Shown: positions 23,701 to 38,700 of the stretch, in pieces | How positions within the stretch are numbered: position 1 is the first letter of the stretch | Layout: every line of letters starts with the position of its first letter | DNA from: Eledone cirrhosa | Taxonomy: Eukaryota | Assembly: GCA_964016885.1 (NCBI GenBank) | Contig: OZ024760.1 | Location: forward strand, 33,728,001-33,792,000 | Direction of reading: 5' to 3' | Length of the DNA: 64,000 nucleotides | The notes under the pieces: model-generated | Database searches by the model: none | Seen by the model: the letters and a program-made list of their open reading frames with translations, nothing else | Told to the model about the DNA's origin: nothing | Program-made: the position numbers and the translations under genes

Positions 23701-26700
23701 AGTGTTGGTGTGGTGGTTATTGTTGTTGTGGTGGTAGTGTTTGTGATGTGATGGTTGTTGTTGTGGTGGTACTGTTGGTGTTGGGATAGTTGTTGTTGTG
23801 GTGGTAATGTTGGTGTGATGGTTGTTGTTGTGGTGGACCTGGTGGTGATGTGATGGTTGTTGTTGTGGTGGTAGTGTTGGTGATGTGATGGTTGTTGTTG
23901 TGTTGGTAGTGTTGGTGATGTTATGATTGTTGTTGTGGTGGTAGTGATGGTGTTGTGATGGTTATTGTTGTGGTGGTAGTGTTGGTGTGGTGGTTGTTGT
24001 TGTGGTGGTAGTGTTGGTGATGTGATGTTTGTTTTTGTGGTGGTAGTGTTGGTGATGTGATGGTTGTTTTTGTGGTGGTAATGATGGTGTTTTGATGGTT
24101 GTATGTTGTGGTGGTAGTGTTGGTTTGGTGGTTATTGTTGTTGTGGTGGTAGTGTTTGTGATGTGGTGGTTGTTGTTGTGGTGGTAGTGTTGGTGTGGTG
24201 GTTGTTGATGTGGTGGTAGTGTTGGTGATGTGATCGTTGTTGTTGTGGTGGTAGTGTTGGTGTGGTGGTTGTTGTTGTGGTGGTAGTGTTGGTAATGTGA
24301 TGGTTGGTGTTGTGGTGGTAGTGTTGGTGATGTGATGGTTGTTGTTGTGGTGGTAGTGTTGGTGATGTGATGGCTGTTGTTGTGGTGGTAGTGTTGGTGT
24401 GGTGGTTGTTGTTGTTGTGGTGGTAGTGTTGGTGTGGTGGTTGTTGTTGTTGTGGTGGTTTTGTTGGTGATGTGATGGTTGTTGTTGTGGTGGTAGCGTT
24501 GGTGATGTGATGGTCGTTGTTGTGGTGGTAGTGATGGTGTTGTGATGGTTGTTGTTGTGGTGGTAGTGTTGGTGATGTGATGGTTGTTGTTGTGGTGGTA
24601 GTGTTGGTGATGTGATGGTTGTTGTTGTTGTGGTAGTGTTGGTGATGTGATGGTTGTTGTTGTTGTGGTAGTGTTGGTGATGTGATGGTTGTTGTTGTGG
24701 TGGTAGTGTTTGTGATGAGATGGTTGTTGTTGTGGTAGTAGTGATGGTGTTGTGATGGTTGTTGTTGTGGTGGTAGTGTTGGTTTGGTGGTTGTTGTTGT
24801 GGTGGTAGTGTTGGTGATGTGATGGTTGTTGTTGTGGTGGTAGTGGTGGTGTTGTGATGTTTGTTGTTGTGATGGTAGAGTTGGTGATGTGATGGTTGTT
24901 GTTGTGGTGGTATAGTGTTGGTGTTGTGATGGTTGTGGTTGTGGCGGTAGTGTTGGTGATGTGATGGTTGTTGTTGTGGTGGTAGTTTTGTTGATGTGAT
25001 GGTTGTTGTTGTGGTGGTAGTGTTGGTGATGTGATGGTTGTTGTTGTGGTGGTATAGTGTTGCTGTTGTGATGGTTGTTGTTGTGGTGGTAGTGTTGGTG
25101 ATGTGATGGTTGTTGTTGTGGTGGCAGTGTTGGTGATGTGATGGTTGTTGTTGTGGTGGTAGTGTTGGTGATGTGATGGTTGTTGTTGTGGTGGTATAGT
25201 GTTGGTGTTGTGATGGTTGTTGTTGCTGTGGTAGTGTTGGTGATGTGGTGGTTGTTGTTGTGGTGGTAGTGTTGGTGATGTGATGGTTGATGTTGTGGAG
25301 GTGTTGGTGTTGTGATGGTTGTTGTTGTGGTGGTAGTGTTGGTGTTGTGATGGTTGTTGTTGTTGTGGTAGTGTTGGTGATGTGATGGTTGTTGTTGTGG
25401 CGGTAAAGTTGGTGTGGAGGTTGTTGTTGTGGTGGTAGTGTTGCTGTTGTGATAGTTGTTGTTGTGGTGGTAATGTTGGTGTGATGGTTGTTGTTGTGGT
25501 GGACCTGTTGGTGATGTGATGGTTGTTGTTGTGGTGGTAGTGTTGGTGTGGTGGTTGTTGTGGTGGTAGTGTTGGTGATGTGATGGTTGTTGTTGTGGTG
25601 GTAGTGTTGGTGATGTGATGGTTGTTGTTGTGGTGGTAGTGTTGGTGTGGTGGTTGTTGTTTTGGTGGTAGTGATGGTGTTGTGATGGTTATTGTTGTGG
25701 TGGTAGTGTTGGTGTGGTGGTAGTTGTTGTGGTGGTAGTGTTGGTGATGTGATGGTTGTTGTTGTGGTGGTAGTGTTGGTGATGTGATGGTTGTTGTTGT
25801 GGTGGTAGTGTTGGTGTGGTGTTTGTTGTTGTGGTGGTAGTGTTGGTGATGTGATGGTTGTTGTTGTGGTGGTAGTGTTGGTGATGTGATGGTTATTGTT
25901 GTGGTGGTAGTGTTGGTGTGGTGGTTGTTGTTGTGGTGGTAGTGTTGGTGATGTATTGGTTGTTGTTGTGGTGGTAGTGTTGGTGATGTGATGGTTGTTG
26001 TTGTGGTAGTGTTGGTGATATGATGGTTGCTGTTGTGGTGGTAGTGATGGTGTTGTGATGGTTATTGTTGTGGTGGTAGTTTTGGTGTGGTGGTTGTTGT
26101 TGTGGTGGTATTGTTGGTGATGTGATGGTTGTTGTTGTGGTGGTAGTGTTGGTGATGTGATGGTTGTTGTTGTGGTGGTAGTGTTGGTGTGGTTGTTGTT
26201 GCTGTGGTGTTAGTGTTGGTGATGTGATGGTTGTTGTTGTGGTGGTAGTGTTGGTGATGTGATGGTTGTTGTTGTGGTGGTAGTGTTGGTGATATGATGG
26301 TTGTTGTTGTGGTGGTTTTGTTGGTGATGTGATGGTTGTTGTTGTGGTGGTAGTGTTGGTGATGTGATGGTTGTTGTTGTGGTGGTAGTGTTGGTGTGGT
26401 GGTTGTTGCTGTGGGGGTTGTGTTGGTGATGTGATGGTTGTTGTTGTGGTGGTAGTGTTGGTGATGTGATGGTTCGTGTTGTGGTGGTAGTGTTGGTGAT
26501 GTGATGGTTGTTGTTGTGGTGGTAGTGTTGGTGATGTGATGGTTCTTGTTGTGGTGGTTTTGTTGGTGATGTGATGGTTGTTGTTGTGGTGGTAATGTTG
26601 GTGATGTGATGGTTGTTGTTGTGGTGGTTGTGTTGGTGTGGTGGTTGTTGTTGTGGTGGTAGTGTTGGTGATGTGATGATTGTTGTTGTGGTGGTAGTGA

Positions 26701-29700
26701 TGGTGTTGTGATGGTTATTGTTGTGGTGGTAGTTTTGGTGTGGTGGTTGTTGTTGTGGTGGTATTGTTGGTGATGTGATGGTTGTTGTTGTGGTGGTAGT
26801 GTTGGTGATGTGATGGTTGTGTAGTGGTGGTAGTTTTGGTGTTGTGATAGTTGTTGTTGTGGTGGTATTGTTAGTGTTGTGATGGTTGTTGTTGTGGTGG
26901 TAGTGTTGGTGATGTGATGGTTGTAGTTGTGGTGGTACTGTTGGTGTTGTGATAGTTGTTGTTGTGGTGGTAATGTTGGTGTGATGGTCGTTGTTGTGGT
27001 GGACCTGTTGGTGATGTGATAGTTGTTGTTGTGGTGGTAATGTTGGTGTGGTGGTTGTTGTTGTGGTGGTAGTGTTGGTGATGTGATGGTTGTTGTTGTG
27101 GTGGTAGTGTTGGTGATGTGATGGTTGTTGTTGTGGTGGTAGTGTTTGTGTGGTGGTTGTTGTTGTGGTGGTAGTGTTGGTGATGTGGTGGTTGTTGTTG
27201 TGGTGGTAGTGTTGGTGATGTGATGGTTGTTGTTGTGGTGGTAGTTGGTGATGTGATGGTTGTTGTTGTGGTGGTAGTGATGGTGTTGTGATGGTTATTG
27301 TTGTGGTGGTAGTGTTGGTGTGGTGGTTGTTGTTGTGGTGGTAGTTTGGTGATGTGATGGTTGTTGTTGTGGTGGTACAGTTGGTGATGTGATGGTTGTT
27401 GTTGTGGTGGTAATGTTGGTGTTGTGATGGTTGTTGTTGTTGTGGTGGTAGTGTTGGTGATGTGATGGTTGTTGTTGTTGTGCTGGTAGTGTTGGTGATG
27501 TGATTGTTGTTGTGGTGGTGTTGGTGTTGTGATCGTTGTTGTTGTGGTGGTAGTAATGGTATTGTGATGGTTGTTGTTGTGGTGGTAGTGTTGGTGATGT
27601 GATGGTTGTTCTTGTGGTGGTAGTGTTGGTGTTGTGATGGTTGTTGTTGTGGTTGTAGTGTTGGTGTTGTATTGGTTGTTGTTGTGGTGGTAGTGTTGGT
27701 GTTGTGATGGTTGTTGTTGTTGTGGTAGTGTTGGTGATGTGATGGTGTTGTTGTGGTGGTAGTGTTGGTGTTGTGATGGTTGTTGTTGTTGTTGTGGTAG
27801 TGTTGGTGATGTGGTGGTTGTTGTTGTGGTGTTAGTGTTACTGTTGTGATGGTTGTTGTTGTGGTGGTAATGTTGGTTTGGTGTTTGTTGTTGTGGTAGT
27901 AGTGTTGGTGATGTGAGGGTTGTTGTTCTTGTGGTAGTGTTGGTGATGTGATGGTTGTTGTTGTGGTGGTAGTGTTGGTTTGTTGGTTGTTGTTGTGGTT
28001 GTAGTGATGGTGTTGTGATGGTTGTTGTTGTGGTGGTAGTGTTGGTGATGTGATGGTTGTTGTTGTGGTGGTAGTGTTGGTGATGTGATGGTTGTTGTTG
28101 TGGTGGTAGTGATGGTGTTGTGATGGTTATTGCTGTGTTGGTAGTGTTGGTGTGGTGGTTGTTGTTGTAGTGTTGGTGATGTGATGGTTGTTGTTGTGGT
28201 GGTAGTGTTGGTGGTGTGATGCTTGTTGTTGTGGTGGTAGTGTTGGTGTTGTGATGGTTGTTGTGGTGGTAGTGTTGGTGATGTGATGGTTGTTGTTGTG
28301 GTGGTAGTGTTGGTGATGTGATGCTTGTTGTTGTGGTGGTAGTGTTGGTGTTGTGATGGTTGTTGTTGTGGTGGTAGTGTTGGTGTTGTGATGGTTGTTG
28401 TTGTGGTGGTAGTGTTGGTGTGGTGGTTGTTGTTGTGGTGGTAGTGTTGGTGATGTGATGGTTGTTGTTGTGGCGGTAGTGTTGGTGTGGTGGTTATTGT
28501 TGTTGTGGTGGTAGTGTTTGTGATGGTTGTTGTTGTGGTGGTAGTGTTGGTGTTGGGATAGTTGTTGTTGTGGTGGTAATGTTGGTGTGATGGTTGTTGT
28601 TGTGGTGGACCTGGTGGTGATGTGATGGTTGTTGTTGTGGTGGTAGTGTTGGTGATGTGATGGTTGTTGTTGTGTTGGTAGTGTTGGTGATGTTATGATT
28701 GTTGTTGTGGTGGTAGTGATGGTGTTGTGATGGTTATTGTTGTGGTGGTAGTGTTGGTGTGGTGGTTGTTGTTGTGGTGGTAGTGTTGGTGATGTGATGG
28801 TTGTTTTTGTGGTGGTAGTGATGGTGTTGTGATGGTTGTGTGTTGTGGTGGTAGTGTTTGTGATGTGATGGTTGGTGTTGTGGTGGTAGTGTTGGTGATG
28901 TGATGATTGTTGTTGTGGTGGTAGTGTTGGTGATGTGATGGTTGTTGTTGTGGTGGTAGTGTTGGTGTGGTGGTTGTTGTTGTTGTGGTGGTAGTGTTGG
29001 TGTGGTGGTTGTTGTTGTGGTGGTGGTTTTGTTGGTGATGTGATGGTTGTTGTTGTGGTGGTAGTGTTGGTGATGTGATGGTCGTTGTTGTGGTGGTAGT
29101 GATGGTGTTGTGATGGTTGTTGTTGTGGTGGTAGTGTTGGTGATGTGATGGTTGTTGTTGTGGTGGTAGTGTTGGTGATGTGATGGTTGTTGTTGTTGTG
29201 GTAGTGTTGGTGATGTGATGGTTGTTGTTGTGGTGGTAGTGTTGGTGATGTGATGGTTGTTGTTGTTGTGGTAGTGTTGGTGATGTGATGGTTGTTGTTG
29301 TTGTGGTAGTGTTGGTGATGTGATGGTTGTTGTTGTGGTGGTAGTGTTGGTGATGTGATGGTTGTTGTTGTGGTGGTAGTGATGGTGTTGTGATGGTTGT
29401 TGTTGTGGTGGTAGTGTTGGTTTGGTGGTTGTTGTGGTGGTGGTAGTGTTGGTGATGTGATGGTTGTTGTTGTGGTGGTAGTGGTGGTGTTGTGATGGTT
29501 GTTGTGGTGGTAGTGTTGGTGATGTGATGGTTGTTGTTGTGGTGGTAGTGTTGGTGATGTGATGCTTGTTGTTGTGGTGGTAGTGTTGGTGTTGTGATGG
29601 TTGTTGGTGTGGTGGTAGTGTTGGTGTCGTGATGGTTGTTGTTGTGGTGGTAGTGTTGGTGTTGTGATGGTTGTTGTTGTGGTGGTAGTGTTGGTGTGGT

Positions 29701-32700
29701 GGTTGTTGTTGTGGTGGTAGTGTTGGTGATGTGATGGTTGTTGTTGTGGCGGTAGTGTTGGTGTGGTGGTTATTGTTGTTGTGGTGGTAGTGTTTGTGAT
29801 GTGATGGTTGTTGTTGTGGTGGTAGTGTTGGTGTTGGGATAGTTGTTGTTGTGGTGGTAATGTTGGTGTGATGGTTGTTGTTGTGGTGGACCTGGTGGTC
29901 ATGTGATGGTTGTTGTTGTGGTGGTAGTTTTGGTGATGTGATGGTTGTTGTTGTGTTGGTAGTGTTGGTGATGTTATGATTGTTGTTGTGGTGGTAGTGA
30001 TGGTGTTGTGATGGTTATTGTTGTGGTGGTAGTGTTGGTGTGGTGGTTGTTGTTGTGGTGGTAGTGTTGGTGATGTGATGGTTGTTGTTGTGGTGGTAGT
30101 GTTGGTGATGTGATGGTTGTTTTTGTGGTGGTAGTGATGGTGTTGTGATGGTTGTGTGTTGTGGAGGTAGTGTTGGTTTGGTGGTTGTTGTTGTGGTGGT
30201 AGTGTTGGTGATGTGATGGTTGTTGTTGTGGTGGTAGTGGTGGTGTTTTGATGTTTGTTGTTGTGATGGTAGTGTTGGTGATGTGATGGTTGTTGTTGTG
30301 GTGGTATAGTGTTGGTGTTGTGATGGTTGTGGTTGTAGTGGTAGTGTTGGTGATGTGATGGTTGTTGTTGTGGTGGTAGTTTTGTTGATGTGATGGTTGT
30401 TGTTGAGGTGGTAGTGTTGGTGATGTGATGGTTGTTGTTGTGGTGGTATAGTGTTGGTGTTGTGATGGTTGTTGTTGTGGTGGTAGTGTTAGTGATGTGA
30501 TGGTTGTTGTTGTGGTGGTAGTGTTGGTGATGTGATGGTTGTTGTTGTGGTGGTAGTGTTGGTGTTGTGATGTTTGTTGTTGCTGTGGTAGTGTTGGTGA
30601 TGTGGTGGTTGTTGTTGTGGTGGTAGTGTTGGTGATGTGATGGTTGATGTTGTGGAGGTGTTGGTGTTGTGATGGTTGTTGTTGTGGTGGTAGTGTTGGT
30701 GTTGTGATGGTTGTTGTTGTTGTGGTAGTGTTGGTGATGTGATGGTTGTTGTTGTGGTGGTAGTGTTGGTGATGTGATGGTTGTTGTTGTGGTGGTAGTG
30801 TTGGTGTTGTGATGGTTGTTGTTGCTGTGGTAGTGTTGGTGATGTGATGGTTGTTGTTGTGGTGGTAGTGTTGGTGTTGTGATGGTTGTTGTTGTGGTGG
30901 TAGTGTTGGTGTTGTGATGGTTGTTGTTGTGGTGGTAGTTTTGGTGTTGTGATAGTTGTTGTTGTGGTGGTAATGTTGGTGTGGTGGTTGTTGTTGTGGT
31001 GGTAGTGTTGGTGTTGTGATAGTTGTTGTTGTGGTGGTAATGTTGGTGTGATGGTTGTTGTTGTGGTGGACCTGTTGGTGATGTGATGGTTGTTGTTGTG
31101 GTGGTAGTGTTGGTGATGTGATGGTTGTTGTTGTGGTGGTAGTGATGGTGTTGTGATGGTTATTGTTGTGGTAGTAGTTTTGGTGTGGTGGTTGTTGTTG
31201 TGGTGGTAGTGTTGGTGATGTGATGGTTGTTGTTGTGGTGGTAGGGTTGGTGATGTGATGGTTGTTGTTGTGGTGGTAATGTTGGTGTGATGGCTGTTGT
31301 TGTGGTGAACCTGTTGGTGATGTGATGGTTGTTGTTGTGGTGGTAGTGTTGGTGTGGTGGTTGTTGTTGTGGTGGTAGTGTTGGTGATGTGATGGTTGTT
31401 GTTGTGGTTGGTAGTGTTGGTGTTGTAATAGTTGATGTTGTGCTGGTAATGTTGGTGTGATGGTTGTTGTTGTGGTGGACCTGTTGGTGATGTGATGGTT
31501 GTTGTTGTGGTGGTAGTGTTGGTGTGGTGGTTGTTGTTGTGGTGGTAGTGTTGGTGATGTGATGGTTGTTGTTGTGGTGGTAGTGTTGGTGATGTGATGG
31601 TTGTTGTTGTGGTTGTATCGTTGGTGTGGTGGTTGTTGTTTTGGTGGTCGTGATGGTCTTGTGATGGTTATTGTTGTGGTGGTAGTGTTGGTGTGGTGGT
31701 TGTTGTTGTGGTGGTAGTGTTGGTGATGTGATGGTTGTTGTTGTGGTGGTAGTGTTGGTGATGTGATGGTTGTTGTTGTGGTGGTAGTGTTGGTGTGGTG
31801 TTTGTTGTTGTGGTGGTAGTGTTGGTGATGTGATGGTTGTTGTTGTGGTGGTAGTGTTGGTGATGTGATGGTTATTGTTGTGGTGGTAGTGTTGGTGTGG
31901 TGGTTGTTGTTGTGGTGGTAGTGTTGGTGATGTATTGGTTGTTGTTGTGGTGGTAGTGTTGGTGATGTGATGGTTATTGTTGTGGTGGTAGTGTTGGTGA
32001 TGTGATGGTTGTTGTTGTGGTGGTAGTGTTGGTGTGGTGTTTGTTGTTGTGGTGGTAGTGTTGGTGATGTGATGGTTGTTGTTGTGGTGGTAGTGTTGGT
32101 GATGTGATGGTTATTGTTGTGGTGGTAGTGATGGTGTTGTGATGGTTATTGTTGTGGTGGTAGTGTTGGTGTGGTGGTTGTTGTTGTGGTGGTAGTGTTG
32201 GTGATGTGATGGTTGTTGTTGTGGTGGTAGTGTTGGTGTGGTGGTTGTTGCAGTGGTGGTAGTGTTGGTGATGTGATGGTTGTTGTTGTGGTGGTAGTGT
32301 TGGTGATGTGATGGTTGTTGTTGCGGTGGTAGTGTTGGTGATGTGATGGTTGTGTTGTGGTGGTAGTGTTGGTGTGGTGGTTGTTGCTGTGGGTGTTGTG
32401 TTGGTGATGTGATGGTTGTTGTTGTGGTGGTAGTGTTGGTGATGTGATGGTTCTTGTTGTGGTGGTAGTGTTGGTGATGTGATGGTTGTTGTTGTGGTGG
32501 TTTTGTTGGTGATGTGATGGTTGTTGTTGTGGTGGTAGTGTTGGTGATGTGATGGTTGTTGTTGTGGTTGTAGTGTTGGTTTGGTGGTTGTTGTTGTGGT
32601 GGTAGTGTTGGTGATGTGATGGTTGTTGTTGTGGCGGTAGTGTTGGTGTGGTGGTTATTGTTGTTGTGGTGGTAGTGTTTGTGATGTGATGGTTGTTGTT

Positions 32701-35700
32701 GTGGTGGTAGTGTTGGTGTTGTGATAGTTGTTGTTGTGGTGGTAATGTTGGTGTGGTGGTTGTTGTTGTGGTGGTATTGTTCGTGTTGTGATGGTTGTTG
32801 TTGTGGTGGTAATGTTGGTGTGATGGTTGTTGTTGTGGTGGACCTGTTGGTGATGTGATGGTTGTTGTTGTGGTGGTAGTGTTGGTGTGGTGGTTGTTGT
32901 TGTGGTGGTTGTGTTGGTGATGTGATGGTTGTTGTTGTGGTGGTAGTGTTGGTGATGTGATGATTGTTGTTGTGGTGGTAGTGATGGTGTTGTGATGGTT
33001 ATTGTTGTGGTGGTAGTTTTGGTGTGGTGGTTGTTGTTGTGGTGGTAGTGTTGGTGATATGATGATTGTTGTTGTGGTGGTTGTGTTGGTGATGTGATGG
33101 TTGTTGTTGTGGTGGTAGTGTTGGTGTTGTGATAGTTGTTGTTGTGGTGGTATTGTTGGTGTTGTGATGGTTGTTGTTGTGGTGGTAATGTTGGTGTGAT
33201 GGTTGTTGTTGTGGTGGACCTGTTGGTGATGTGATGGTTTTTGTTGTCGTGGTAGTGTTGGTGTGGTGGTTGTTGTTTTGGTGGTAGTGTTGGTGATGTG
33301 ATGGTTGTAGTTGTGGTGGTAGTGTTGGTGTTGTGATAGTTGTTGTTGTGGTGGTAATGTTGGTGTGATGGTTGTTGTTGTGGTGGACCTGTTGGTGATG
33401 TGATAGTTGTTGTTGTGTTGGTAATGTTGGTGTGGTGGTTGTTGTTGTGGTGGTAGTGTTGGTGATGTCATGGTTGTTGTTGTGGTGGTAGTGTTGGTGA
33501 TGTGATGGTTGTTGTTGTGGTGGTAGTGATGGTGTTGTGATGGTTATTGTTGTTGTGGTAGTTTTGGTGTGGGGGTTGTTGTTGTGATGGTAGTTTTGGT
33601 GATGTGATGGTTGTTGTTGTGGTGGTAGTGTTGGTGATGTGATGGTTGTTGTGTGGTGGTAGTGTTGGTGTGGTGGTTGTTGTTGTGGTGGTAGTGTTGG
33701 TGATGTGATGGTTGTTGTTGTGGTGGTAGTGTTTGTGTGGTGGTTGTTGTTGTGGTGGTAGTGTTGGTGATGTGATGGTTGTTGTTGTGGTGGTAGTTGG
33801 TGATGTGATGGTTGTTGTTGTGGTGGTAGTGATGGTGTTGTGATGGTTTTTGTTGTGGTGGTAGTGTTGGTGTGGTGGTTGTTGTTGTGGTGGTAGTTTG
33901 GTGATGTGATGGTTGTTGTTGTGGTGGTAGTGTTGGTGATGTGATGGTTGTTGTTGTGGTTGTAATGTTGGTGTTGTGATGGTTGTTGTTGTGGTGGTAG
34001 TGTTGGTGATGTGATGTTTGTTGTTGTGCTGGTAGTGTTGGTGATGTGATTGTTGTTGTGGTGGTGTTGGTGTTGTGATCGTTGTTGTTGTGGTGGTAGT
34101 AATGGTATTGTGATGGTTGTTGTTCTGGTGGTAGTGTTGGCGATGTGATGGTTGTTGTTGTGGTGGTAGTGTTGGTGTTGTGATGGTTGTTGTTGTGGTG
34201 GTAATGTTGGTTTGGTGTTTGTTGTTGTGGTAGTAGTGTTGGTGATGTGAGGGTTGTTGTTCTTGTGGTAGTGTTGGTGATGTGATGGTTGTTGTTGTGG
34301 TGGTAGTGTTGGTGATGTGATGGTTGTTGTTGTGGTGGTAGTGATGGTGTTGTGATGGTTATTGCTGTGTTGGTAGTGTTGGTGTGGTGGTTGTTGTTGT
34401 AGTGTTGGTGATGTGATGGTTGTTGTTGTGGTGGTAGTGTTGGTGATGTGATGCTTGTTGTTGTGGTGGTAGTGTTGATGTTGTGATGGTTGTTGTGGTG
34501 GTAGTGTTGGTGATGTGATGGTTGTTGTTGTGGTGGTAGTGTTGGTGATGTGATGCTTGTTGTTGTGGTGGTAGTGTTGGTGTTGTGATGGTTGTTGTTG
34601 TGGTGGTAGTGTTGGTGTTGTGATGGTTGTTGTTGTGGTGGTAGTGTTGGTTTGGTGGTGGTTGTTGTGGTCGTAGTGTTGGTGATGTAATGGTTGTTGT
34701 AGTGGCGGTAGTGTTGGTGTTGTGATGGTTGTTGTTGTGGTGGTAGTGTTGGTGTTGTGATGGTTGTTGTTGTGGTGGTAGTATTGGTGTGGTGGTTGTT
34801 GTTGTGGTGGTAGTGTTGGTGATGTGATGGTTGTTGTTGTGGCGGTAGTGTTGGTGTGGTGGTTATTGTTGTTGTGGTGGTAGTGTTTGTGATGGTTGTT
34901 GTTGTGGTGGTAGTGTTGGTGTTGGGATAGTTGTTGTTGTGGTGGTAATGTTGGTGTGATGGTTGTTGTTGTGGTGGACCTGGTGGTGATGTGATGGTTG
35001 TTGTTGTGGTGGTAGTGTTGGTGATGTGATGGTTGTTGTTGTGTTGGTAGTGTTGGTGATGTTATGATTGTTGTTGTGGTGGTAGTGATGGTGTTGTGAT
35101 GGTTATTGTTGTGGTGGTAGTGTTGGTGTGGTGGTTGTTGTTGTGGTGGTAGTGTTGGTGATGTGATGGTTGTTTTTGTGGTGGTAGTGATGGTGTTGTG
35201 ATGGTTGTGTGTTGTGGTGGTAGTGTTGGTGATGTGATGGTTGGTGTTGTGGTGGTAGTGTTGGTGATGTGATGATTGTTGTTGTGGTGGTAGTGTTGGT
35301 GATGTGATGGTTGTTGTTGTGGTGGTAGTGTTGGTGATGTGATGGTTGTTGTTGTGGTGGTAGTGTTGGTGATGTGATGGTTGTTGTTGTTGTGGTAGTG
35401 TTGGTTTGGTGGTTGTTGTTGTGGTGGTAGTGTTGGTGATGTGATGGTTGTTGTTGTGGTGGTAGTGATGGTGTTGTGATGGTTATTGTTGTGGTGGTAG
35501 TGTTGGTGTGGTGGTTGTTGTTGTGGTGGTAGTGTTGGTGTGGTGGTTGTTGTTGTTGTGGTGGTAGCGTTGGTGTGGTGGTTGTTGTTGTGGTGGTGGT
35601 TTTGTTGGTGATGTGATGGTTGTTGTTGTGGTGGTAGTGTTGGTGATGTGATGGTCGTTGTTGTGGTGGTAGTGATGGTGTTGTGATGGTTGTTGTTGTG

Positions 35701-38700
35701 GTGGTAGTGTTGGTGATGTGATGGTTGTTGTTGTTGTGGTAGTGTTGGTTTGGTGGTTGTTGTTGTGGTGGTAGTGTTGGTGATGTGATGGTTGTTGTTG
35801 TGGTGGTAGTGGTGGTGTTGTGATGTTTGTTGTTGTGATGGTAGTGTTGGTGATGTGATGGTTGTTGTTGTGGTGGTATAGTGTTGGTGTTGTGATGGTT
35901 GTGGTTGTAGTGGTAGTGTTGGTGATGTGATGGTTGTTGTTGTGGTGGTAGTGTTTGTGTTGTGATGGTTGTTGTGGTGGTAGTGTTGGTGATGTGATGG
36001 TTGTTGTTGTGGTGGTAGTGTTGGTGATGTGATGCTTGTTGTTGTGGTGGTAGTGTTGGTGTTGTGATGGTTGTTGGTGTGGTGGTAGTGTTGGTGTTGT
36101 GATGGTTGTTGTTGTGGTGGTAGTGTTGGTGTTGTGATGGTTGTTGTTGTGGTGGTAGTGTTGGTGTGGTGGTTGTTGTTGTGGTGGTAGTGTTGGTGAT
36201 GTGATGGTTGTTGTTGTGGCGGTAGTGTTGGTGTGGTGGTTATTGTTGTTGTGGTGGTAGTGTTTGTGATGTGATGGTTGTTGTTGTGGTGGTAGTGTTG
36301 GTGTTGGGATAGTTGTTGTTGTGGTGGTAATGTTGGTGTGATGGTTGTTGTTGTGGTGGATATGGTGGTGATATGATGGTTGTTGTTGTGGTGGTAATGT
36401 TGGTGATGTGATGGTTGTTGTTGTGTTGGTAGTGTTGGTGATGTTATGATTGTTGTTGTGGTGGTAGTGATGGTGTTGTGATGGTTATTGTTGTGGTGGT
36501 AGTGTTGGTGTGGTGGCTGTTGTTGTGGTGGTAGTGTTGGTGATGTGATGGTTGTTGTTGTGGTGGTAGTGTTGGTGATGTGATGGTTGTTTTTATGGTG
36601 GTAGTGATGGTGTTGTGATGGTTGTGTGTTGTGGTGGTAGTGTTGGTGATGTGATGGTTGGTGTTGTGGTGGTAGTGTTGGTGATATGATGATTGTTGTT
36701 GTGGTGGTAGTGTTGGTGATGTGATGGTTGTTGTTGTGGTGGTAGTGTTGGTGTGGTGGTTGTTGTTGTTGTGGTGGTAGTGTTGGTGTGGTGGTTGTTG
36801 TTGTTGTGGTGGTTTTGTTGGTGATGTGATGGTCGTTGTTGTGGTGGTAGTGTTGGTGATGTGATGGTCGTTGTTGTGGTGGTAGTGATGGTGTTGTGAT
36901 GGTTGTTGTTGTGGTGGTAGTGTTGGTGATGTGATGGTTGTTGTTGTGGTGGTAGTGTTGGTGATGTGATGGTTGTTGTTGTTGTGGTAGTGTTGGTGAT
37001 GTGATGGTTGTTGTTGTGGTGGTAGTGTTGGTGATGTGATGGTTGTTGTTGTTGTGGTAGTGTTGGTGATGTGATGGTTGTTGTTGTTGTGGTAGTGTTG
37101 GTGATGTGATGGTTGTTGTTGTGGTGGTAGTGTTGGTGATGTGATGGTTGTTGTTGTGGTGGTAGTGATGGTGTTGTGATGGTTGTTGTTGTGGTGGTAG
37201 TATTGGTTTGGTGGTTGTTGTTGTGGTGGTAGTGTTGGTGATGTGATGGTTGTTGTTGTGGTGGTAGTGGTGGTGTTGTGATGTTTGTTGTTGTGATGGT
37301 AGTGTTGGTGATGTGATGGTTGTTGTTGTGGTGGTATAGTGTTGGTGTTGTGATGGTTGTGGTTGTAGTGGTAGTGTTGGTGATGTGATGGTTGTTGTTG
37401 TGGTGGTAGTTTTGTTGATGTGATGGTTGTTGTTGTGGTGGTAGTGTTGGTGATGTGATGGTTGTTGTTGTGGTGGTATAGTGTTGGTGTTGTGATGGTT
37501 GTTGTTGTGGTGGTAGTGTTAGTGATGTGCTGGTTGTTGTTGTGGTGGTAGTGTTGGTGATGTGATGGTTGTTGTTGTGGTGGTAGTGTTGGTGTTGTGA
37601 TGGTTGTTGTTGCTGTGGTAGTGTTGGTGATGTGGTGGTTGTTGTTGTGGTGTAGTGTTGGTGATGTGATGGTTGATGTTGTGGAGGTGTTGGTGTTGTG
37701 ATGGTTGTTGTTGTGGTGGTAGTGTTGGTGTTGTGATGGGTGTTGTTGTTGTGGTAGTGTTGGTGATGTGATGGTTGTTGTTGTGGTGGTAGTGTTGGTG
37801 ATGTGATGGTTGTTGTTGTGGTGGTAGTGTTGGTGTTGTGATGGTTGTTGTTGCTGTCGTAGTGTTGGTGATGTGATGGTTGTGTTGGTGTTGTGATGGT
37901 TGTTGTTGTGGTGGTAGTGTTGGTGTTGTGATGGTTGTTGTTGTGGTGGTAGTTTTGGTGTTGTGATAGTTGTTGTTGTGGTGGTAATGTTGGTGTGGTG
38001 GTTGTTGTTGTAGTGGTAGTGTTGCTGTTGTGATAGTTGTTGTTGTGGTGGTAATGTTGGTGTGGTGGTTGTTGTTGTGGTGGACCTGTTGGTGATGTGA
38101 TGGTTGTTGTTGTGGTGGTAGTGTTGGTGTGTTGGTTGTTGTTGGTGATGTGATGGTTGTTGTTGTGGTGGTAGTTTTGGTGATGTGATGGTTGTTGTTG
38201 TGGTGGTAGTGATGGTGTTGTGATGGTTATTGTTGTGGTAGTAGTTTTGGTGTGGTGGTTGTTGTTGTGGTGGTAGTGTTGGTGATGTGATGGTTGTTGT
38301 TGTGGTGGTAGGGTTGGTGATGTGATGGTTGTTGTGGTGGTAATGTTGGTGTGATGGCTGTTGTTGTGGTGAACCTGTTGGTGATGTGATGGTTGTTGTT
38401 GTGGTGGTAGTGTTGGTGTGGTGGTTGTTGTTGTGGTGGTAGTGTTGGTGATGTGATGGTTGTTGTTGTGGTTGGTAGTGTTGGTGTTGTGATAGTTGAT
38501 GTTGTGCTGGTAGTGTTGGTGTGATGGTTGTTGTTGTGGTGGACCTGTTGGTGATGTGATGGTTGTTGTTGTGGTCGTAGTGTTGGTGATGTAATGGTTG
38601 TTGTAGTGGCGGTAGTGTTGGTGTTGTGATGGTTGTTGTTGTGGTGGTAGTGTTGGTGTTGTGATGGTTGTTGTTGTGGTGGTAGTGTTGGTGTGGTGGT